The notes beneath the pieces were generated by a model. It made no database searches and was not told the DNA's origin. It saw only the letters and a list, made by a program, of their open reading frames with translations. The position numbers were made by a program, and so were the translations under genes. A stretch of DNA of 64,000 nt from a virus (lineage: Duplodnaviria; Caudoviricetes): IMG/VR virus record IMGVR_UViG_3300033067_000724, positions 2,439 to 66,438 of that record. One strand, given 5' to 3'. Every line of letters starts with the position of its first letter. Positions within the stretch are counted from its first letter, which is position 1. Below, in pieces: positions 1-7,490 of this stretch.

Positions 1-140
1 GCCGCGCCGACGATGGCCGACAGCGTGACACCGTGGATATCGGCCAGACGCCCGGCCGAAAGTCGCGTGATGCGCTTCCCGGGGAGGGACGCGGCGGGAC
101 GGCGGGCGACACGGGACGCGGGGAGCATGGGGCGGGACAT
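1..140 (-). CDS. Hypothetical protein, partial (runs off left edge): MSRPMLPASRVARRPAASLPGKRITRLSAGRLADIHGV...
   Basis: Not in ORF track; ATG at 140-138, open to position 1; upstream GAAAGGCACC RBS identical to that of the 859..1128 gene. Confidence 0.6.
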   Translation of the reverse strand, partial: MSRPMLPASRVARRPAASLPGKRITRLSAGRLADIHGVTLSAIVGA

Positions 141-303
141 TGGGTGCCTTTCGGTTGATGTTGGAGAATCTTCCAACAATAGAATTATCGACCATCCTAG
201 GGCACTTGCCCACTAAATTCTTTATCACCAGGACTTTAGTCACAGAATCCAGAAGGAACACTAACAGCACTATAACAGCGGAAAACAAAGGGTGATGCCA
301 ACG

Positions 304-323
304 CTAAAGCCCCGGGACTTTAG
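304..323. promoter_or_regulatory. 20-bp near-perfect palindrome CTAAAGCCCCGGGACTTTAG, putative operator
   Basis: One mismatched pair; its half CCRRGACTTTAG recurs at 228-239 and 1184-1195. Confidence 0.45.
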
Positions 324-335
324 TTGCCGGGGGCA

Positions 336-412
336 CCCCCGGTGCGTGAAAGTACGCACCCCCGTGCGTGAAATTCCGCAGCTGGGGACCGGGGTATCCC
401 CCGTGCGTAAAA
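336..412. repeat. Three direct repeats CCCCC(G)GTGCGTRAAA (336-351, 359-373, 398-412)
   Basis: Read directly from sequence; intergenic. Confidence 0.75.
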
Positions 413-447
413 ACACTCACCCCCCGGGTTTCACCGGGGGGTGAGTG
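409..447 (-). terminator. Rho-independent terminator of the 462..788 gene
   Basis: Perfect 14-bp inverted repeat CACTCACCCCCCGG/CCGGGGGGTGAGTG (414-427/434-447), 6-nt loop, followed by T5 on the minus strand (A409-413). Confidence 0.75.
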
Positions 448-461
448 ATGTTCGGCCGATG

Positions 462-788
462 TTAGAGCGCCACCCTCCCTCGGTAGTTTGCTTCCCATCT
501 GGCGAGGGCCGCGCGGTACTTTCGGGCCGCACCCCGGAGGGCCGCAAGTCGGGCCGCACCCCGGAGGGGGCGGAGGTTAGTCCGGACGAATGCGACCTTC
601 GCCCGGAGGGACAGAAGGGCCAACATCCTATCCACCTTTCGGGCCCGGGTTCCGGGGTTGGGGTTGACGTGGGCCGCGCGCATCGCATCGCGGGCGAGGG
701 CCAGACTCCGCCGGTAGTGTGAGACTACACGCGGGAGGTTCGTTTCGCGCGGGAGGGACACCGGGGCGACCTTACTACGCTTGGACAT
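462..788 (-). CDS. Hypothetical Arg/Ala-rich protein with internal LRGAAR duplication
   Basis: 108-aa ORF; AAGGA SD upstream; terminator downstream; 20-bp direct repeat at 522-541/549-568 is in frame (27-nt period). Confidence 0.6.
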   Translation of the reverse strand: MSKRSKVAPVSLPRETNLPRVVSHYRRSLALARDAMRAAHVNPNPGTRARKVDRMLALLSLRAKVAFVRTNLRPLRGAARLAALRGAARKYRAALARWEANYRGRVAL

Positions 789-815
789 GGCTGGATTCCT
801 TTAGGTGAGGGGTGC

Positions 816-844
816 GGGGCCCCGACCTTATCGGCCGGAGCCCC
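816..844. other. Intergenic GC-rich hairpin (12-bp stem with wobbles, 5-nt loop)
   Basis: GGGGCCCCGACC-TTATC-GGCCGGAGCCCC between the two minus-strand genes; no U-tract. Confidence 0.45.
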
Positions 845-858
845 GTCCGACTTAAGAC

Positions 859-1128
859 CTAGGCGACGGGGGGCGAGACGAACGCGATACCGTGGACCGC
901 GAGGGCCAGACGGACCCGGAGGCTACCACCCCGGTCATCGTTGGCGAATCCGACCTTGAGGGCGAGGGGGAGGGCGACGTTCTTTACCGTCTTTTCCGTC
1001 ATCCCGAGGTCGGCCGCAATATCGGCGTTGGACCATCCGTTGCCGATGCGGGCGAGAACATCGGCCTCTCGGGCCGTGAGGCCGGGAAACCGGGAGAGGA
1101 GCGTGCGGGCCGTTTCGTTCGGAGACAT
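859..1128 (-). CDS. Solo LuxR/GerE-family helix-turn-helix transcription regulator
   Basis: LTAREADVLARIGNGWSNADIAADLGMTEKTVKNV matches the LuxR HTH signature; GAAAGG SD. Confidence 0.85.
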   Translation of the reverse strand: MSPNETARTLLSRFPGLTAREADVLARIGNGWSNADIAADLGMTEKTVKNVALPLALKVGFANDDRGGSLRVRLALAVHGIAFVSPPVA

Positions 1129-1380
1129 TTTAGGTGCCTTTCGTTGGGGTTGCGTTGCCAGACCTTCTATCGGCTGGAGTGTCCCGAGACTTTAGCAGTA
1201 GACTACCGCGAGGGCCAGCAGAATACCGAGGGTGACAGCGCCGAGGGCCAGGGACAGCGGGCGGGAGATGTTGCCGAGCATGGGTAGCCTCCGGTGCGGG
1301 TCATCCCCGCACCCCTAGTATCGGCCCGATTCGGGCCAGGGGTTGACACAATCTTTCGACCCGGGACTATCGTCCCGCCG

Positions 1381-1538
1381 AGGGCCAGGGCGCAGGGCCA
1401 GGGCGCAGGGCCAGGGCGCAGGGCCAGGGCGCAGGGCGCAGGGCGCAGGGCCAGGGCGCAGGGCCAGGGCGCAGGGCCAGGGCGCAGGGCCAGGGCGCAG
1501 GGCCAGGGCCAGGGCGCAGGGCCAGGGCCAGGGAGGGC
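1381..1538. repeat. Tandem array of AGGGCC and AGGGCGC units (23 full units, 25 GGG runs); G-quadruplex-capable on + strand
   Basis: Counted directly; mostly alternating 6-mer/7-mer giving a 13-bp period. Confidence 0.95.
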
Positions 1539-1643
1539 GGAGCTCGACCGGGCGAGGGTAGCACCGGGGGATACCCCGGTGTCCGGGGGGAGAGGGGGCC
1601 TACGATATGGCATGAAACTTGCTATGCTAGGGGATTGATAGGT

Positions 1644-1713
1644 GTGCGATATCGCTCATGTATGGGTGTGCGCTTTCGCACAGTGTGCGATTCCGCACCG
1701 TGCGACTTCGCAC
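1644..1713. promoter_or_regulatory. Four tandem palindromes GTGCG-N4-CGCAC (putative operator/binding-site array)
   Basis: Units at 1644-1657 (CGCTC variant), 1668-1681, 1685-1698, 1700-1713. Confidence 0.6.
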
Positions 1714-2109
1714 ATGACAGAGTGTCACCGGGGGGGGTGGGTTTCTCAAATGACCCGGGGGGTCCCCCGGACGAGATTCGCGCGGGGGCATCCACAAGCA
1801 GTCCTCCCCCTCTCAACTTATAAGCATTACTCAAACACCTTCTCCTAACATAATATGTATACAAATTTGTGAGAAATAAAGTATAATAAGAGTGTATGCA
1901 ATCAACTAGCTTAAAATTGGGCGGGCTTCTTGTAATGGCGAGCGGCGCAGCCGCGCTTCTTAATTCATTAGGTTGGGCAATACTCATAATTGGAGTATGC
2001 GCGACAGTCGCGCTATTTATAAAGTGGAAAAAATAAATTGGAAAAGTATATAACATATCCAGAAAACTTAGCCTCCAGTATAAATGGAGAAACCCCAGGT
2101 GGCGAACAA

Positions 2110-2358
2110 ATGCAACTTGGCTCAGATGTTCTCATCTATGTTAAGTTTGCAATTTTCGAACAAGGCGTTCTTAATCGCCTCCGTGCTAACAAGGAAACTG
2201 GCACACTCGCTAACGAGATAGACAAATGTCAAGGTCAACTTTACTTAGGAGAATCCGATGCGATTCAAGCCGAGTTGCACCTTACTGTAGATAAAATCTT
2301 TCAGGCCATTAAGGCCCATAGGGAATCATTAAATGCGAAATCGCCAGAAACCAAATAA
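2110..2358 (+). CDS. Hypothetical protein
   Basis: ORF 2038..2358; ATG 2110 preferred (AGGTGG SD). Confidence 0.65.
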   Translation: MQLGSDVLIYVKFAIFEQGVLNRLRANKETGTLANEIDKCQGQLYLGESDAIQAELHLTVDKIFQAIKAHRESLNAKSPETK

Positions 2359-2572
2359 TAAAGGGGCCTACGCCTCTAACGGTACTCATAGAGTAACACA
2401 ATCAGTGCCTTCGGCACCTTCCGAACAGGAACTTGCAAAGTTACCCGAACCAACACCACAAGCGATAGCCGCCGCTACTGAACCTGTTACTAAAAAAGTC
2501 GTAGTCCTCAAACAAGATAGCACCAAAGCAGAAGTAATTCAGCCGAAGGCTGAAGATAAAAAGAAGGACTAA
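2333..2572 (+). CDS. Hypothetical low-complexity Pro/Ala/Lys/Glu-rich protein
   Basis: 79-aa ORF filling the gap in a tightly packed operon. Confidence 0.55.
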   Translation: MRNRQKPNNKGAYASNGTHRVTQSVPSAPSEQELAKLPEPTPQAIAAATEPVTKKVVVLKQDSTKAEVIQPKAEDKKKD

Positions 2573-2573
2573 C

Positions 2574-3149
2574 GTGCATACCTCAGGGATGATGATAGAA
2601 ACACAAAAGAGCTGGACGAGTGGAGTATTTACATACGAGGCTCTTCGTGATGATATAGAAAGACTCGTCAGCATGAAAGCCGGTTTGTACACCATCCCCA
2701 ACTTCGACCGTGAAGATGTTGCACAGGAGATAAGAGTCATGTGCATTAATGCTCTGGCGAGGTACGAGCCAGAGAAGAACCATTCAACTCCCTTTAACTA
2801 TCTCGCAAGATGCGTAGATAACAGACTTAGGAACTTGCTTAGGGACCATGGAGCAACGTTGCCAAAAGCAAAGCGAGAAGATGAGAAGGCCATTGCTCGT
2901 TGCGAGAGCAAAATGAGGTTGCAAACAGCACTTCCAATAGGTGACGAAGTCCACGAGGATTCCCTTGGTCATGCTCCTTTAACTGGAGATGTAACTGAGT
3001 TTGTGGATTCAATATCGCAACGATTAGAAACGAAGGAGCTTCGAAGTTCATTCTCTCTATTAATATCAGAAGGTCCTCCTGCAATACCCAAGCTTCATTT
3101 AAGAGTTATTAAAAAGACTATAAAAGAAGTATATCCGGACATGATGTAA
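2574..3149 (+). CDS. Sigma-70-like factor (region 2)
   Basis: DREDVAQEIRVMCINALARYEPEK...FNYLARCVDNRLRNLLRD resembles sigma region 2; AAGGA SD before GTG. Confidence 0.65.
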   Translation: MHTSGMMIETQKSWTSGVFTYEALRDDIERLVSMKAGLYTIPNFDREDVAQEIRVMCINALARYEPEKNHSTPFNYLARCVDNRLRNLLRDHGATLPKAKREDEKAIARCESKMRLQTALPIGDEVHEDSLGHAPLTGDVTEFVDSISQRLETKELRSSFSLLISEGPPAIPKLHLRVIKKTIKEVYPDMM

Positions 3150-3153
3150 ACTA

Positions 3154-4041
3154 ATGGCACAGCACTTTACAGAATCAGACATCAAAGAAATTGTACGCCT
3201 CAAAGAGGTTGAAAACTTAACCCATCGACAGATTGCCGAGAAGTTAGGCAGACTAGACAAAGATGGTCTACCAAACGAACGCGCCGTGATGGCGCAGTAT
3301 ACCAAGTTTAAGAAGGTTAATAACCAAAACCTTCAGCCACAGGATGGGACTGTGCCTTCGAAGAATTCTTCTAAATCACTTCCACTTCCGGAATCTGTTA
3401 AACTCTTGCCACAGACGCTGTTCCCAGACCTTAACGAGTTAACCCGCAAACAACGCGTCGAATACCTAAAGCAGAAACTACCTACATCGGCCAGAGGTCG
3501 CCACATATTCAATTCGGTACTAACTGCGGATGAGCAGGAGATATTCCTTGAGGAATATTACATGATTATTAGGGAAGAAGACTCTCTAACGTCTGCCGAA
3601 GAACAGCAACTTTTTAATGCGACACTTCACTTAATCCTAGCATGGCGCGCAGCCGCACAAGACCGCGAGTGCTACATGAAGTCACCTCTTGCTGGCTACA
3701 AGGGTCAAGATATGACAATTTACGTTGATACCTTCAAGAAGGACTATCAAGAGAATATGAAGAAGTATAATGAGTTCATGAAATCCCTTAAGCTTTCAAG
3801 AGAGCAACGCTTAAAGGACATGCAACGCCAGGGAACTACCTTCCTAGACTTCGCTGAAAAGTATGCAAAACATGACGAGCAATTCGTGGCAATGCAAGAC
3901 ATTTTAAGGTTAGAAGAACTCTCTGCTAAGGAGCTTCAACGCTTACAGGCAAATGGTTGGCTAGTAGGCGGAGGTCTTCCAAATAATAATCCACCTAACT
4001 TTGGTAATCCAGTTGAAATCGAGGAGCCCGCAAGTGATTAG
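3154..4041 (+). CDS. N-terminal HTH DNA-binding protein; candidate terminase small subunit
   Basis: LTHRQIAEKLGR HTH, coiled-coil C-terminal half, position upstream of large terminase; TerS role is inference. Confidence 0.5.
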   Translation: MAQHFTESDIKEIVRLKEVENLTHRQIAEKLGRLDKDGLPNERAVMAQYTKFKKVNNQNLQPQDGTVPSKNSSKSLPLPESVKLLPQTLFPDLNELTRKQRVEYLKQKLPTSARGRHIFNSVLTADEQEIFLEEYYMIIREEDSLTSAEEQQLFNATLHLILAWRAAAQDRECYMKSPLAGYKGQDMTIYVDTFKKDYQENMKKYNEFMKSLKLSREQRLKDMQRQGTTFLDFAEKYAKHDEQFVAMQDILRLEELSAKELQRLQANGWLVGGGLPNNNPPNFGNPVEIEEPASD

Positions 4042-4459
4042 ACTAGTCGCAGCATACACAACTCCATTTAGAGTTATTGGTGCAAATGGTAAACTTCCAT
4101 GGCGTTATGAGGAAGACCTACATAGATTTAGAATGTGTGTTGAACATTCAATATTGGTTGGCGGTCCAAAGACCCTTAAAGAAGTTGCATTCCTTAAACA
4201 AGAAACAATCCCAGTACATAGAGATACAGATTGGGAGGTTATTGCCGATATAGGCGAACATCATAACCTATCTATTATTGGTGGAGAGGCGGTTTTTGCT
4301 GCTGGTATTCACTATGCAAAAGTGTTACACCTTACTGAGATTACAAAGTTTTACGATGGTGATAGGTTTTTCCCTGTTATTCCAAAAGAGTTTCAATGTG
4401 TTAGCCGCATTCAATCATCACAGAATCCTGACTTAATTTTTTCAAAGTGGAGGAGATAA
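4034..4459 (+). CDS. folA: Dihydrofolate reductase
   Basis: IGANGKLPW, EDLHRF, GPKT, IIGG, LHLTEI, GDRFFP motifs; GAGGAG SD before GTG 4034. Confidence 0.85.
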   Translation: MIRLVAAYTTPFRVIGANGKLPWRYEEDLHRFRMCVEHSILVGGPKTLKEVAFLKQETIPVHRDTDWEVIADIGEHHNLSIIGGEAVFAAGIHYAKVLHLTEITKFYDGDRFFPVIPKEFQCVSRIQSSQNPDLIFSKWRR

Positions 4460-4722
4460 TGGCCTGGATTTCAAATTATAACCCACACCTTCATGGTTGT
4501 ATTGGTAAACTAAATACAAATTGGCCAGATTGGGATTTTAATAAAGCTCCACTAGATGAGTCAACCGCAGTTACCAAAACAATGGAACTTATTAAAGAGT
4601 ATAAAGACTTACACGAGCGTATGCTTTGTGATAACTGCTCTAAGAGGATGACTGTTACTGAAGTTGAACGCTTTGATTACTTAGCAAATATGCTAATTGG
4701 ACTTTTACATGGCAACGATTAA
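4459..4722 (+). CDS. Hypothetical protein
   Basis: Coupled TAATG start after DHFR. Confidence 0.6.
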   Translation: MAWISNYNPHLHGCIGKLNTNWPDWDFNKAPLDESTAVTKTMELIKEYKDLHERMLCDNCSKRMTVTEVERFDYLANMLIGLLHGND

Positions 4723-5200
4723 ATCACCACCACCAACCGTTATTATTGATACTCGCGAAAAGACACCTTTTAAGTTTCAATGGGCGATTGACCATAAACA
4801 AATTGCTGGCACTATCTCTGAAAAGGTAGATGCTGGAGACTATACTGTCAAAGAAATCAAAAACCTAGTTGTAGTAGAGCGCAAAGCAGATGTTGGTGAG
4901 TTATATGGCAACTTAGTTGGTAAAGAAAAGTATGAACGCTTCATTCGTGAAATGGAGCGCATGCAAGTCTATAAGTATAAGTTTATAGTAGTAGAGGACC
5001 ATTGGGAGAGTCTTTGGGACCCTTCTAATTTTAAATTTGCTAAACGTAATCAAAAATGGGCGGGGTATATTGTTATGTCACATCTATTCGATATTATGAC
5101 AAAGTACAATGTACACGTATTGTTTGCAGGGGACAAGGCCGAGCAATTAACCCTAAAGTTGCTCACAAAGTTTTATGAAAAGGAATTAAAAAATGTTTAA
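4709..5200 (+). CDS. ERCC4/XPF-domain structure-specific nuclease
   Basis: IIDTREK...AGDYTV...VVERK...EL...RF.RE.ERM, ERCC4 signature (GDxnERK). Confidence 0.85.
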   Translation: MATIKSPPPTVIIDTREKTPFKFQWAIDHKQIAGTISEKVDAGDYTVKEIKNLVVVERKADVGELYGNLVGKEKYERFIREMERMQVYKYKFIVVEDHWESLWDPSNFKFAKRNQKWAGYIVMSHLFDIMTKYNVHVLFAGDKAEQLTLKLLTKFYEKELKNV

Positions 5201-5231
5201 AATTATAAAAAAGTTCTTTAAGAAAAAAGAA

Positions 5232-5366
5232 ATGCCAAGAATGACGACTGAGTTATTTGATACATATCAGCAACTTACAGAAGTGTTAGCAGGAATGCCA
5301 GCAAATGTTGGAAGAGGCACTACTCAATGGACTCCACATTGGGTAAGATTACCAATACAAAAGTAA
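5232..5366 (+). CDS. Small hypothetical protein (44 aa, MPRMTTELFDTYQQLTEVLAGMPAN...)
   Basis: Below ORF-track cutoff; fills gap before terminase. Confidence 0.4.
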   Translation: MPRMTTELFDTYQQLTEVLAGMPANVGRGTTQWTPHWVRLPIQK

Positions 5367-5372
5367 ACTAAA

Positions 5373-7439
5373 ATGACGGAAGAACTTGACAAGTCTGTTG
5401 CCGCGATGTTGGATAACGCGAATCTTCTCGAAGAAAAGGATATTCGTGTCACAAATTTATTAAAAGACATCAACTTGTCTAAAGAAGCAATTTTCAAAGA
5501 ATTCAAAAAGGACCGTCCTATTTTAGAGACTGTTGCAGGACTCCATAGATTCAGTCTAACATGGATTGTTAAACAGATATTAAGACAACCAGATGGTCGT
5601 CCTCTTGAATTGCTTCCTTTTCAAAGCTGCCTACTAGACATGCTTTGGAGTTATAAATACCCCATGGTGCTTGCAACCCGTGGTGGTGGTAAGACATTTA
5701 TCTATGCACTATATGCGCTCCTTCGCGGCTTATTAATTCCAGGACAACAGATTGTTATCGTGGGCGCTGGCTTCCGTCAGGCCAAGTTAGTGTTTAACTA
5801 TATAGTCAAACTCTATCAAGCATCTCCTCTTCTTCAAGAGGCGCTTGAACCATTTGGTGGCCCTAAGTATGCCGTAGACCAGTGTGCATTAAGTTGCGGC
5901 GCATCCAACATCTACGCTATTCCATTAGGTGATGGTGAACGTATCCGTGGTCTTCGTGCAACTTGCGTACTATGTGACGAATTTGCATCTATTCCTGAAG
6001 ACATCTATGAAATCGTAGTCCAGCCTTTCGCCGCAGTACACGCCGACCCAGCCCGCCGAGCCCGTATCACCGCATTACGCACACGTCTAATTAAGATGGA
6101 TGCTCCTCAACATATTATTACTTTAATAGATAAATCCCTAGGCTTCGGTAACCAAATTTGCGTAAGTGGAACAGCCTCTTATGAGTTTAACCACTTCTTC
6201 CGTAAGTACGAGATGTATCAAAAGATTATTCGTAGTAATGGAGAACCAGCGGCCATTCGTCAAGCGTTCATGGAAGGTAATACATACCTTGCTAAGGACT
6301 CGATTGACGACGACATGATTAAGGCTTTCAAGCATACCGACTATGCCATCTTCCAACTTCCATATCTAGGTATTCCAAAAGGCTTCCTTGATGAAGCCGT
6401 TATCGCCAACGCAAAACTTACATTAGACCCTCCTCGTTTCGGCATGGAATACCTTGCTAGATTCGCTAAAGACTCAGACGGTGTCTTTAAGCGTTCATTA
6501 TTACAAGAAGCTACACCAAACAAGGAGCGAGACGGTTTCGAGATTAACATTGAGTTATTTGGAGAAAAAGGAGCCCAGTATGTACTGGGTATTGACCCTG
6601 CTCGTCACTCGGACAACCTTGCTATGGTCGTACTTAAACTAACTAACCGTGGTTACGAGGTTGTATACTGTTGGGCTATGAATGATAAAGACTGGCCTAC
6701 CGCTGCTGCCAAGGTACGTGATATTCTAAACAGATTTAATATCGTACGTATTGAGATGGACCAAGGCGGTGGTGGTGCGGCAATCATGGACTTGCTCCAA
6801 AGTAAAAAATTCCTAGAGCCAGGTGATGAGCCTATTTGGCAAATTGATAATGACGATACCAAGTTTAATCCAGGTAAGCATATCTTAGATATGTTCCAGT
6901 GGACTAACCAGTGGGTAAGCGAAGCTGTATACGCTATGCATACTGAGTTACGCCATCGTCAACTTCTCCTACCGCATCGCGTGGATGAAGACTTAGCCAT
7001 TAATCAGTTCGCTACATTCCATGGTCGTAAGATAAATTCAATTACCAAATCTGAAAAAGAATGGATTTTTGAAGAACTCTATGGTGTACTAAGCGATGAG
7101 GGCGACAAAAAGACTTTTGGTATTTATGATAACATTGAAGAAATGATTACCGAGACTTGCACAATTGTCAAAAAGGTAACCGAACAAGGTTCTGAATTGT
7201 TTATTCTTCCACCACTATCTGCCCAAGAAAAGCAGGGTAAGTTAACCGACAAGCGTCGTCGTGACAGATATTCAGCCCTATTACTTGCCGCCTTTGCTGC
7301 ACGCGTAGTTAGAGGACATGGTTTTGATAAGAAGATGTTGCCAGGAGGTTCGGCCGAAGGTTTCCGTAGAGGAAGCGGAACTAAGAATGCAAGTTCAATT
7401 CGTCGTGGGCCTAACGGAATTGTATTTCCAGGTAGTTAA
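5373..7439 (+). CDS. terL: Terminase large subunit
   Basis: Walker A ATRGGGKT, GERIRGLRA, Walker B VLCDEF, RNase H-like GIDPARHSD, C-terminal DRYSAL. Confidence 0.93.
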   Translation: MTEELDKSVAAMLDNANLLEEKDIRVTNLLKDINLSKEAIFKEFKKDRPILETVAGLHRFSLTWIVKQILRQPDGRPLELLPFQSCLLDMLWSYKYPMVLATRGGGKTFIYALYALLRGLLIPGQQIVIVGAGFRQAKLVFNYIVKLYQASPLLQEALEPFGGPKYAVDQCALSCGASNIYAIPLGDGERIRGLRATCVLCDEFASIPEDIYEIVVQPFAAVHADPARRARITALRTRLIKMDAPQHIITLIDKSLGFGNQICVSGTASYEFNHFFRKYEMYQKIIRSNGEPAAIRQAFMEGNTYLAKDSIDDDMIKAFKHTDYAIFQLPYLGIPKGFLDEAVIANAKLTLDPPRFGMEYLARFAKDSDGVFKRSLLQEATPNKERDGFEINIELFGEKGAQYVLGIDPARHSDNLAMVVLKLTNRGYEVVYCWAMNDKDWPTAAAKVRDILNRFNIVRIEMDQGGGGAAIMDLLQSKKFLEPGDEPIWQIDNDDTKFNPGKHILDMFQWTNQWVSEAVYAMHTELRHRQLLLPHRVDEDLAINQFATFHGRKINSITKSEKEWIFEELYGVLSDEGDKKTFGIYDNIEEMITETCTIVKKVTEQGSELFILPPLSAQEKQGKLTDKRRRDRYSALLLAAFAARVVRGHGFDKKMLPGGSAEGFRRGSGTKNASSIRRGPNGIVFPGS

Positions 7440-7465
7440 AGGTAATCGATTACCAATCGATTGGG

Positions 7466-7475
7466 GTGTATAATA
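7466..7475 (+). promoter_or_regulatory. Putative late promoter GTGTATAATA (portal)
   Basis: Exact copy of motif recurring intergenically at 9913, 18415, 30527, 39908. Confidence 0.7.
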
Positions 7476-7490
7476 AAGGAAGAGGTAAAA

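Noticed and set aside
1203-1638. Several overlapping ORFs (1203..1613, 1294..1638, 1343..1561, 1367..1564) across the GGG array
   Set aside because: Stop-free frames are a by-product of the GC-only tandem repeat; no RBS, repetitive translations in multiple frames.
1-2040. CRISPR-like array among the short repeats at 336-412 and 1644-1713
   Set aside because: Repeats are 14-16 bp with irregular 1-25 bp spacing, not 23-47 bp repeats with ~30-40 bp unique spacers; no cas operon (the Cas4-like gene is a solo phage exonuclease).
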